Shown one piece after another: positions 16,850 through 25,191 of a DNA stretch of 64,000 nt. Location: the NCBI GenBank assembly GCA_964616855.1, contig CAZTUJ010000001.1:524784-588783 (forward strand), read 5' to 3'. The stretch comes from an uncultured Gammaproteobacteria bacterium. GTDB lineage: Bacteria; Patescibacteriota; Patescibacteriia; Patescibacteriales; UBA12465. The position numbers and the translations under genes were made by a program. The stretch's first letter is position 1. Each line of letters opens with the position of its first letter. The notes under the pieces were generated by a model. That model was not told the DNA's origin. It ran no database searches and saw only the letters and a list, made by a program, of their open reading frames with translations.

Positions 16850-17629
16850 TTAGCGGGCTTTTTTAGGTAACCAAGGAATCAAGGCGCTAGTCCGGCGTCG
16901 GTACTCTTCAAAATCAGGACGACCGCGATAACGCTTTTCCATGGGCAGGCCCGATACGAACAATAAAATATAAGTGATGGTTAGTGGAGAAATAATTAGC
17001 ATCCAAGACTTAGGTGCGCCTAAGACTAATAAATATAGGCCCCACCAAAATAAAATTTCTCCAAAATAATTAGGATGACGGCTGTAACGCCAAAGACCAG
17101 AGGTAATTAACTTACCTTTATTTTCCGGTTTCTTCAAAAAATTATAACGTTGCTGATCGGCTACAATTTCCAAAAATAAACCAAAAAGCATTAATACTAG
17201 GCCAGGATAATTTACGGAAAATAAGGGCAAGGAAATTAAACGCAAACCATAAACTACGGGTAAGCCAATAATCATCATCAAAGCCCCTTGAAACATAAAA
17301 ATTTGAAAGAAAGAACAGATAGCATGCTGACAATCAGTGCCCTCGTGCCAATTATGATAGCGCCAGTCTTCTTCCTTGCTTAAATTTCTCCGCACCGTAT
17401 GGAAAGAAAGGCGCATCCCCCAGAGACTAACTAAAAAAAGAATCCAATAAGCCCTTTCATCAAGCGGTAATTCTCGAAAACTTAAAGAAGCCCAAGCCAA
17501 GAAAATAAAACCAGCCCCCCAAGCAATGTCAATTACATCTTTACGCTTGAGCCATAAGGATAGACCGAACCAAGCACTCATATAAATAAAGACGAAGACT
17601 GGCAAAAACCACAACAAAGACATGTGCAT
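16850..17629 (-). CDS. DUF1295 / steroid 5-alpha-reductase-like membrane protein
   Basis: 259 aa, polytopic. C-terminal GLWRYSRHPNYFGEILFWWGLYL motif typical of the DUF1295/ICMT-like fold. Confidence 0.7.
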   Translation of the reverse strand: MHMSLLWFLPVFVFIYMSAWFGLSLWLKRKDVIDIAWGAGFIFLAWASLSFRELPLDERAYWILFLVSLWGMRLSFHTVRRNLSKEEDWRYHNWHEGTDCQHAICSFFQIFMFQGALMMIIGLPVVYGLRLISLPLFSVNYPGLVLMLFGLFLEIVADQQRYNFLKKPENKGKLITSGLWRYSRHPNYFGEILFWWGLYLLVLGAPKSWMLIISPLTITYILLFVSGLPMEKRYRGRPDFEEYRRRTSALIPWLPKKAR

Positions 17630-17643
17630 ATATATATTTAAAC

Positions 17644-19746
17644 TTAATTAGATAAACTAAGGCGAGCGTCTAAAATTAATGCTCCCCGCTCTCTAGCTAT
17701 AACCGGATTTAAATCTAACTCTTTTATCTCTGGGAAGTCTCGCAATAAAACATCAAGCCGTAAAAGAATGTCAGCCAAGGCCTTCAGATCTGCTTTCTTG
17801 CCTCCGCGCGCTCCTGTCAACACCGCCTTAACCCGCAAAGAGGCAAACATTTGCCCCATCTTTTCTCTCGTAATTGGAGAAAGACCGAAGGCCACATCAT
17901 TTAAAGTTTCGGCATAGATTCCTCCCCAGCCCAGCATTAAAGCCGGACCAAGATTAATATCTCTTAGCCCGCCAATAATCAGCTCTGTAATTCCTGCTGC
18001 CGCCATCGGTGTTGCCAAAACCCCCTCAATTCTAGCCTGAGGACAATTTTTTTTCACTCTTGCTAATAACTGAGAATAGGCCCGAGGAACATCCTGAGGC
18101 TGAACATTTAAAATAATTCCCTGAACATCACTTTTATGCAAAATATCAAGGGAGGCAATTTTTAGGGCAAGTGGCATTGAAAAACGCTTTTTGGCTATTT
18201 TAGCGTCTTGCTCATTTTTAATTAAAAAGAAATCGGCAACTGGTAAAGAATAGGCTTTCAATATTGGTAAACTTAAAAATTCGGGTAAATGCGTAATCTT
18301 CAGGGTCCGGGCCTGGTCAAAGATTTTAATCACCTCTTTTCTTGCCTTTTTAGAAATTAACAGCTTCTTAGGGTTAAGTTTAAACTCCGATCGAGGGGAC
18401 TGAGAAAATCTAGATAAAGCTGCTAAAGAACGGGCGGCATCTTCCGGGTAAGAAAAGACGGCGATTCCCGCCTGTTGCAAACTTCTCGTAGCCTTTTGGA
18501 CTAACTCGGCCCCTAACAAACAAACAGCCAAGGGCTGATTGTGACGGCGACGCCAAGCAATTAAGGTTAAGACCAAATTATCCAGGTCTGTCATCGTCTG
18601 TACTGTTGCTAAAACTAAAATAGAGTCTACAGCCTTATCGGCCGCCACAAGATCCAAGACCTGCGCATATCTTGCCGCCAAGGCATCACCTAAGATATCA
18701 ATCGGATTTTGCCAAGAAGCGGCGCTAGGCAAAATCTTCTCCAAAGAAAGCTTAGTAGTGGCGCTTAAACTAGCTAAAGCTAAATTATTTTCTAAAGCGG
18801 CATCAACGGCGAGCACGCCAGGGCCGCCAGCATTAGTAATTATGGCTAAATTATTAACTTTTTTTAAATTATTGCGACTAAAAATTTGTAAATAATCAAA
18901 AAATTCAGAAATACTCTGCGCTCTTACCGCACCAGTGTCTCTTAAAAAAGCTTCGTAAATCTTGTCATCACCAGCAATCGCCCCAGTGTGAGAAGCGCTA
19001 GCCTTAGCGCCGGCATTAGTTCGTCCAGATTTCAAGACTACTACTGGCTTTGAGCTCTTAGCTAATAATTTTATGGCAGCTGCCAACTCTTCCGGTCGAC
19101 GCAAATCTTCCGCATAAATACCAACTACTCGCGTCTGTTTATCTCTCTCAATATAATTTAAAAAATCGGCTTCATCTAAAACTGCTTTATTACCCACACT
19201 AGTAAAAACAGAAAAACCAAGATTAAGATCGCGGGCATAGTCTAAAACAGCCGTACCGAGCGCGCCACTTTGAGAAAAAAAGGCAATGCCGCCAGAAGCC
19301 GGCAAAATATCGGTAAAAGTAGCATTCAGGTGCAAGCGAGAATTAATCAAGCCGAGACAATTAGGCCCTAGTACCGCTATCTGATAACGACGGGCGATAT
19401 CTTGTATAGATGTCTCTAAATCATCTCTACCCGCTTCTTTAAAACCGGCAGAAATAATAATAGCGGCCGGAACACCCAAAGAACCCGCCTCTTCTAATAC
19501 CGCTGGCACCGCCGCCGCCGGAATAATAATAATGACTAAATCAATTTTCTTCTTAATGGCTGTTAATTGCGGATAGCACTTTAAACCAGCAATTTTTTCC
19601 GCCTTAGGATTAACTGGAAAAATATCTCCTTTAAAACCAGATTTAATAATATTATCCAAAACCGCCCGGCCGACGCCACCAGCACTGCTAGAGGCACCAA
19701 CAACAGCAACCCGACGAGGAGAAAATAGATATTTTAAATCAGTCAT
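17644..19746 (-). CDS. ADP-forming acetyl-CoA synthetase (acetate--CoA ligase family: CoA-binding, succinyl-CoA-ligase-like and ATP-grasp domains)
   Basis: 700 aa. N-terminal CoA-binding Rossmann (PRRVAVVGAS), a phosphohistidine loop (ASHTGAIAG) and a C-terminal ATP-grasp_5-like region. Confidence 0.85.
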   Translation of the reverse strand: MTDLKYLFSPRRVAVVGASSSAGGVGRAVLDNIIKSGFKGDIFPVNPKAEKIAGLKCYPQLTAIKKKIDLVIIIIPAAAVPAVLEEAGSLGVPAAIIISAGFKEAGRDDLETSIQDIARRYQIAVLGPNCLGLINSRLHLNATFTDILPASGGIAFFSQSGALGTAVLDYARDLNLGFSVFTSVGNKAVLDEADFLNYIERDKQTRVVGIYAEDLRRPEELAAAIKLLAKSSKPVVVLKSGRTNAGAKASASHTGAIAGDDKIYEAFLRDTGAVRAQSISEFFDYLQIFSRNNLKKVNNLAIITNAGGPGVLAVDAALENNLALASLSATTKLSLEKILPSAASWQNPIDILGDALAARYAQVLDLVAADKAVDSILVLATVQTMTDLDNLVLTLIAWRRRHNQPLAVCLLGAELVQKATRSLQQAGIAVFSYPEDAARSLAALSRFSQSPRSEFKLNPKKLLISKKARKEVIKIFDQARTLKITHLPEFLSLPILKAYSLPVADFFLIKNEQDAKIAKKRFSMPLALKIASLDILHKSDVQGIILNVQPQDVPRAYSQLLARVKKNCPQARIEGVLATPMAAAGITELIIGGLRDINLGPALMLGWGGIYAETLNDVAFGLSPITREKMGQMFASLRVKAVLTGARGGKKADLKALADILLRLDVLLRDFPEIKELDLNPVIARERGALILDARLSLSN

Positions 19747-19752
19747 AAATAA

Positions 19753-20178
19753 TTATAAATATTTAAGAGCGGAGCGCGGAAATACACGTGCCTTATGTAG
19801 ATTTGCCCGACTCACCCATTCGGCTTGATGACCGTGGCGAGAATCAAGAATAGGAAAAAAATCGCGCTTATAGGCTTTAGCGGAGCGGAAAGAAGCTTCA
19901 TAAAGAAAGATGATTTCATGCGCCGGTAAACCGTTAAAAACAAAAATATTTTCTTCCACACTCAACAGATTTTTAACGGAAATTTCCAAACCCAACTCTT
20001 CTTTAATTTCCCGACGCAGGGCCTGGCGACTATCTTCACCAAATTCTATGCCCCCGCCCAATAAGCGATAATGATGACGCTTCCTAATCTTATCAAAACC
20101 AGGGCAAACTAAAAATTTGTCCTGATACTTAATCAAGGCTAAAGCGAGTACACGAAGATTTTTATGATCAATCGGCAT
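19753..20178 (-). CDS. NUDIX hydrolase
   Basis: 141 aa. Nudix box GGGIEFGEDSRQALRREIKEELG. Confidence 0.85.
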   Translation of the reverse strand: MPIDHKNLRVLALALIKYQDKFLVCPGFDKIRKRHHYRLLGGGIEFGEDSRQALRREIKEELGLEISVKNLLSVEENIFVFNGLPAHEIIFLYEASFRSAKAYKRDFFPILDSRHGHQAEWVSRANLHKARVFPRSALKYL

Positions 20179-21025
20179 AAGTAATAATTTCTTGTAAAAT
20201 TTCTAAAGGCAAACTAAAATCACCATCATTTAAAACCAAAGCATCATACAAAGAGCGATAGGCCGGTAAAGACTCCTGAATCTTATCATTCAAAAAACCA
20301 ATTTTTAATAAAGCTTGGTAAGAAAAACCTTCAGCCATACCGGCATCACCCAAAGAATCGCCCAAAAGTAAAACATTATTTCTATTCTTTACTCTCTCAA
20401 AACAACCAAAATCAACTAACATTGTCTCGTCTTTATTACCAGAATGAATAATAGGCGTCCTGACCGCTATCGCTTTACCGCTCTTGTCCCAAACAAAATC
20501 ATTAGCGATTAGGGAAATATTATCCGACCATAAATTCTCCTTTTCTAAAAAATATCTCAAGGCCGACTCACCTAAACCACTCGCCGAAAATATTACCAGA
20601 GGCACTTGGTGTTCAGCTAAAAGCCCAATGAACTCTGCCGCTCCGGGACGCAAATTAGCTAAACGGCTATCAATTACTTGATTAATATGGTTCCTATCCA
20701 AACCAGAATCAATCAATAATTGAAATTGCTTCTGCCACCATTCCGCCATCAAAGACTTACGGGCAGAGTTAGAAAGAGTCTGATCGTTTTCAAAAGGGCT
20801 ATAATAATCAAAAAGAGCCTGGGAACGTCGCTGATAATCAAGACCTAAAAAATTACTAGCCCGCAGAGCCCCTAAAAGAGACAAAGATTTCCGGCCTTGA
20901 TAAAAATTGGTGGTCAGGGTACGGTCAAAATCAGCAATTACTTGCAGTTTGGATAAAGTTCCCCGGACTAAGCGTTGCCGCTGCCGGTCAAAATTTTCCC
21001 GCCGAGTAATCATCAAATCTTCCAT
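20168..21025 (-). CDS. Pyrimidine 5'-nucleotidase, UMPH-1/NT5C3-like HAD hydrolase
   Basis: 285 aa. DFDRTLT motif I, VPLVIFSASGLG and LLLGDSLGDAGMAEG align in order with the cytosolic 5'-nucleotidase III family. Overlaps the NUDIX gene start by 11 nt. Confidence 0.7.
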   Translation of the reverse strand: MEDLMITRRENFDRQRQRLVRGTLSKLQVIADFDRTLTTNFYQGRKSLSLLGALRASNFLGLDYQRRSQALFDYYSPFENDQTLSNSARKSLMAEWWQKQFQLLIDSGLDRNHINQVIDSRLANLRPGAAEFIGLLAEHQVPLVIFSASGLGESALRYFLEKENLWSDNISLIANDFVWDKSGKAIAVRTPIIHSGNKDETMLVDFGCFERVKNRNNVLLLGDSLGDAGMAEGFSYQALLKIGFLNDKIQESLPAYRSLYDALVLNDGDFSLPLEILQEIITYAD

Positions 21026-21030
21026 AGAAA

Positions 21031-21507
21031 CTAATTAATAATCCAGATGGAATAGTTTAAAAAAGCAGCGAAAGAAACCCAGGCCAGATAAGGCCAAAGT
21101 AGCCAAGCAGCTCGCCGCTCTACCGCATAAAAAGCAATCATAGTAGCAACAATAGCCAGCCATAAAGCGATAATCTCTAAGAAAGCGAGACGAGGATTTT
21201 CTAGAACAAAGAAAAAATAGGACCAGACAATGTTGAAGCCTAATTGGATAAAAAATAATTTTAACCCCTTCCGAACACTATCTTGCCGCCATCCTTGCCG
21301 CCAGACTAAAAAAAGAGCAATCCCCATAATAATAAAAAGGATTGTCCAAACCGGACCAAAGAGCCAATTCGGTGGGTTAAAAAATGGCTTATTAAGAGCC
21401 GCGTACCAGCTATCCGGTCCCGTAACCGTAAAAATTGAACCGATTAAGCCCGCGCTTAGACTGATTGCTACACTAATAATTAATAAAAAGTAATCTTTTT
21501 TCTTCAT
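21031..21507 (-). CDS. tspO: TspO/MBR (tryptophan-rich sensory protein) family membrane protein
   Basis: 158 aa, 5 TM. W-rich motifs (KPFFNPPNWLFGPVWTILFIIMG, WPYLAWVSFAAFLN). Confidence 0.85.
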   Translation of the reverse strand: MKKKDYFLLIISVAISLSAGLIGSIFTVTGPDSWYAALNKPFFNPPNWLFGPVWTILFIIMGIALFLVWRQGWRQDSVRKGLKLFFIQLGFNIVWSYFFFVLENPRLAFLEIIALWLAIVATMIAFYAVERRAAWLLWPYLAWVSFAAFLNYSIWIIN

Positions 21508-21548
21508 AAAAAATAAAAAATTATACTTCTATTATAGCATAAATAAAG

Positions 21549-21584
21549 ACAAAAGCGACCCGGCCATTTTTAGGCCGAGTCGCT
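21549..21584 (-). terminator. Terminator after the sigma/anti-sigma unit
   Basis: Minus strand: AGCGACUCGGCC-UAAAAAU-GGCCGGGUCGCU followed by UUUUGUCUUU. Confidence 0.6.
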
Positions 21585-21676
21585 CGTATACTACTCTTAA
21601 ATAAGTAAAAATTATTTACTATTACCCTTGGCTGAGCGCCAACACCAACTACAGGAATATTAAAAATAGAGACAAT

Positions 21677-22636
21677 TTACTCCAAACAAGCTGAAAGAGT
21701 TTGTGGGCTTACACCGAGATTAGCGAGACTATTTAGAAAACTGGGGTCGTGTTCACTCAACTCTTTTACCAAATCCCTATTGGCTAATAAATTTTCTTCA
21801 AAAGTCTGCCTAAACTCAGGGGACTCTGATAAGAGCAGAGTTAAAGATTCCGATCGGAGCCCGCCACAATTAAGTGCCTCCGGTCCGGGACCACGACCCG
21901 CACCAGGCGGCGGCATTAATCCAGGATTCAAACGTTTAAAAAACTCTCGACCCGGCTTCATGGTCATAATCGCCTGAGCAGTAAACTCTTTTTTGCCGCT
22001 TAATTTACCAACAACTCGCACCGGCTGCCCCACCACCACTAAGTCGTTGTCTTTTTCGGAGTGGATAACAATCCACTCACCCCGCTCCCGATCAGCTAAG
22101 GTAAAATGCTGATCATCATTTAAGGCTATAACCAGACCAGCCAGGCGACCATCTTCCGGTTGAGACCAAAAGTCAATATGGGGATTAAAGAGACGGTCAT
22201 AAAGAGGTGCTCGACGACCTAAGACGTCATCAATTTTCGCCCCTAAGCCAAGAGCAAAAAAAGCCATTCCTAATAAAATACTGGCGGCAATCGCGAGACT
22301 GATAATTAAAGAAATTGAATAACGATAGCCCTTTTTGGTGTGCTTCAGATTATAGGATAAAAGCCAAAGGAATAAAGCTAAAAATACTAACCAAAAATAA
22401 GGAAGAGATAGAAGCAGCCAAGCGCCAAAGTTACGACCAGCTTTTTCATAAACCAGCCAATCATTATTATTAGCTAAATAAATCATAACAGAAACCGCTG
22501 CCGCTCCCACCAGCAAAGCGAGGATGCCAATAGTCCAAATTAAGCGCTCTTTTAATAAAAAATGCCAACGCGGTTTTGGTGACAAGCTTCCCGTTTTAAT
22601 TTTATCAATAATTTTCTGTTCTAAATTTTCTGACAT
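21677..22636 (-). CDS. Polytopic membrane protein downstream of the ECF sigma (possible anti-sigma/sensor)
   Basis: 319 aa with a short cytoplasmic N-terminus, 4 TM helices and a C-terminal soluble domain. Starts 4 nt after the sigma gene stop. The assignment rests on position only. Confidence 0.4.
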   Translation of the reverse strand: MSENLEQKIIDKIKTGSLSPKPRWHFLLKERLIWTIGILALLVGAAAVSVMIYLANNNDWLVYEKAGRNFGAWLLLSLPYFWLVFLALFLWLLSYNLKHTKKGYRYSISLIISLAIAASILLGMAFFALGLGAKIDDVLGRRAPLYDRLFNPHIDFWSQPEDGRLAGLVIALNDDQHFTLADRERGEWIVIHSEKDNDLVVVGQPVRVVGKLSGKKEFTAQAIMTMKPGREFFKRLNPGLMPPPGAGRGPGPEALNCGGLRSESLTLLLSESPEFRQTFEENLLANRDLVKELSEHDPSFLNSLANLGVSPQTLSACLE

Positions 22637-22640
22637 ATAT

Positions 22641-23222
22641 TTAAAATTGCTCGCCCGCAGGCAAAGCAGATTTAAGATCTTTTTTGGCTCGATTTAATAA
22701 AGAGGCCACTGTACCGAGAGGCTTTTTAAAAATATCGGAAATTTCCTGATAGCTCTTATCTTCAAAGAATTTTAAAACCAAAATTTCCCGATGCTTAGCA
22801 TCAATTTTATCTAAAGCCAGGGTTATTAGTTCCTGCCTCAGCTTTAAATCAGATTGCTGATCTAAGGCTAAATCATTTGCCAATAGCTGTAGGCCATCAC
22901 CGTCAATGGGCAAAGAATGCGCTTCTGGTCGAGCCTGGCGCTTCCGAAAATTACTGATGACTTGGTTATGAGCGATACGATAAATCCAGGAAGAAAACTT
23001 AAGATCTTGATTGAAATCGTTAAGATTAAGATAAACCTTCAAAAAAATATCCTGTAAAATATCTTCGGCGTCTTCTGGACTACTAGCACCGAGGCGGCGA
23101 ATATAACGCGCCAGCTTATCCTGATAACGGGAGATGATATAAGAAAATTTATCCGGGTCAGCTAAACTAAGCCGCACCAGCTCCGCGTCGTCCGCTTCTA
23201 AATTGACGGGCAAATTATCCAT
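22641..23222 (-). CDS. ECF-type RNA polymerase sigma-70 family factor
   Basis: Region 2 (DAEDILQDIFLKVY...WIYRIAHN) and region 4 (SYQEISDIFKKPLGTVASLLNRAK). Start moved to the internal ATG (MDNLPVN, 23222), because the track's longer form (to 23327) overlaps the GH3 gene end. Confidence 0.85.
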   Translation of the reverse strand: MDNLPVNLEADDAELVRLSLADPDKFSYIISRYQDKLARYIRRLGASSPEDAEDILQDIFLKVYLNLNDFNQDLKFSSWIYRIAHNQVISNFRKRQARPEAHSLPIDGDGLQLLANDLALDQQSDLKLRQELITLALDKIDAKHREILVLKFFEDKSYQEISDIFKKPLGTVASLLNRAKKDLKSALPAGEQF

Positions 23223-23280
23223 GAGATTACTTCTTATTACTAATAATACGCAGGCCCGATATTTTTCTTCTCCTAAATAT

Positions 23281-24795
23281 CTAGGAATTATTAAAAGACA
23301 AAAGTGCCTCCATGATTTGACGGTCATTAGCCAAGCGGGGAATTTTTGCCTGCCCGCCTAGGCGTCGGCGCTCTTTCAGCCAATCGTAGAAAAGACCAGG
23401 GCGCGCCTTAATTAAAACAGGGGCAGACAAATTCAAATCTTTATGTCGCTTAGCCTCATAATCAGAGTTACGGGCTTTCAGTTCTTCATCTAAAATCCGA
23501 CCGAATTCCAACCAATCCTGAGGCTCCTGCTCAAATTCAAAGAGCCATTGATGGCAAGCAGCGGCGGTGCCAGAATTATATAAAGGCGCTGCTGAATATT
23601 CTTTGACCAAGGCCTGGCAGCGCTGACAGGTAACAGCCAGAGCCTGATCAGCATTTTCTACCACCAATTCTTCCCCGCAGGCATTGATAAAACTTTTTGT
23701 CCGGCCAGTAACCACAATCCGAAAAGGTGATAAAGAGGTAAATTTAACCGTATCCCCAATTAAATAACGCCAAAGACCGGCATTAGTAGAAATTACTAAA
23801 GCATAGTTCTTACCCAATTCTACTTGTTCTAAAGTTAAGGCCCGGGGTTTAGGGGAGTCCAATTCTTCCAAGGGCACAAATTCATAAAAGACGCCGCCAT
23901 TTAAAAATAAAAGCATATCCGCACGAGACAGATCATCTTGAAAAGCAAAAAAACCCTCAGAAGCATTATAGACTTCCAGGTAGTGCATATTCGGCCCAGG
24001 AATCAAGGCTTCAAATTGAGCACGATAGGGGCAAAAACTGGTGCCGCCATGAACAAAAACTTCTAAATTCGGCCACACCTCTCGCAGATTATTCTTTCCG
24101 GTCATTTCTAAAATCTTCTTGGCTAAAATTAAATTCCAAGAAGGCACCCCCGACAAACTAACAATATTTTGATAAGCGATAATCTCGGCAATGCGCGCTA
24201 ATTTTGCCTCCCACTCAGACATTGAAGCTACGCTGAAACGAGGACTACGGCGTAATTGTGCCCACCAAGGCAAGTTCTTCATCAAGATAACGGAGACATC
24301 AGCAATATATTTATCTGCCCCAATTTCCGCATCCTGACGACTGCCGCCCAGAGCAAAGTTTTGTCCCAAAAGTAAATTGGAGTTAAGATTTTGGGCAAAA
24401 TACATCGCGAATAAACTCCGCCCACCCCGATAATGACAATCTTTTAAAGCACAGCTACTTACCGGAATATACTTACTCTTACTACTAGTGGTGCCGGATG
24501 ATTTGGAAAAATATTTAATTTTACCCGGCCAAAGTAAGTTTTTTTCGCCACGTAACAATTTTTCAATATAGGGTTGTATATCTTCATAACGACTAATCGG
24601 AACTACTTCTTGATACTGGGCAACATTCTTAATTTGCTGATAGTTATAATTTTTTCCCCAAGTCGTCCTTCTTCCCTGCTTTAAAAGATAACGAAAAACC
24701 TTAGCCTGAACCAAAAAAGGGCGCTCCATAAAATTACGCACCGCGTGCCGACGACGAGAGAAAGCCAAATTGGAAAGAGAAAACTTTTTCAACAT
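23281..24795 (-). CDS. GH3 family (auxin-responsive-promoter-like) adenylate-forming enzyme
   Basis: 504 aa. FSKSSGTTSSKSKYIP (acyl-adenylate P-loop-like) and the overall layout match bacterial GH3 proteins. Confidence 0.75.
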   Translation of the reverse strand: MLKKFSLSNLAFSRRRHAVRNFMERPFLVQAKVFRYLLKQGRRTTWGKNYNYQQIKNVAQYQEVVPISRYEDIQPYIEKLLRGEKNLLWPGKIKYFSKSSGTTSSKSKYIPVSSCALKDCHYRGGRSLFAMYFAQNLNSNLLLGQNFALGGSRQDAEIGADKYIADVSVILMKNLPWWAQLRRSPRFSVASMSEWEAKLARIAEIIAYQNIVSLSGVPSWNLILAKKILEMTGKNNLREVWPNLEVFVHGGTSFCPYRAQFEALIPGPNMHYLEVYNASEGFFAFQDDLSRADMLLFLNGGVFYEFVPLEELDSPKPRALTLEQVELGKNYALVISTNAGLWRYLIGDTVKFTSLSPFRIVVTGRTKSFINACGEELVVENADQALAVTCQRCQALVKEYSAAPLYNSGTAAACHQWLFEFEQEPQDWLEFGRILDEELKARNSDYEAKRHKDLNLSAPVLIKARPGLFYDWLKERRRLGGQAKIPRLANDRQIMEALLSFNNS

Positions 24796-24812
24796 AAAAA
24801 TTATTCACCGCC

Positions 24813-25172
24813 CTAATAACCAAGCGGGCAAACGACCGCACAACCACCACTGATACATTTAACCGTGAAGGGACAGCGTGATTGCATAGCATACTCCATT
24901 GGTAAAACGCAATCAGATTCAATTTGGCAAGCAGTACCTAAAGATGCTTCCACTTGATAATCATCGGCCGGCTGACCTTCCTCGACAATCTCTGCTGAAG
25001 AAGTGCTAAAAAGCAAAGAAGCGGCCTGACGACTGCGTTCTTCAAATTGAGCATTCTCTTGACGCCAAGACTGTTGTTGAAGATAAAAATCGAGAGCGTT
25101 AACCAAAGCAATCAGAATCAAAACAACGGCCATGACAATGAGACTAATCTTTAAAATTTTTTCTTTATTCAT
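24813..25172 (-). CDS. Membrane-anchored small protein with a Cys-rich C-terminal module
   Basis: 119 aa. N-terminal TM, and 6 Cys in the last 45 aa (ACQIESDCVLP...RCPFTVKCISGGCAVVCP). Lies 17 nt upstream of the GH3 gene. Confidence 0.5.
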   Translation of the reverse strand: MNKEKILKISLIVMAVVLILIALVNALDFYLQQQSWRQENAQFEERSRQAASLLFSTSSAEIVEEGQPADDYQVEASLGTACQIESDCVLPMEYAMQSRCPFTVKCISGGCAVVCPLGY

Positions 25173-25191
25173 ATTTATAAATTAATAAAAA

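Noticed and set aside
23223-23327. The longer form of the sigma-factor ORF overlaps the 3' end of the GH3 gene by 47 nt. Similar long N-terminal forms exist for the DEAD-box helicase (to 38424) and SufU (to 41164).
   Set aside because: The extra residues are not part of the conserved domains. Internal ATGs (23222, 38319, 41134) give canonical N-termini and remove the overlaps. SufU then starts 1 nt after the sufS stop.
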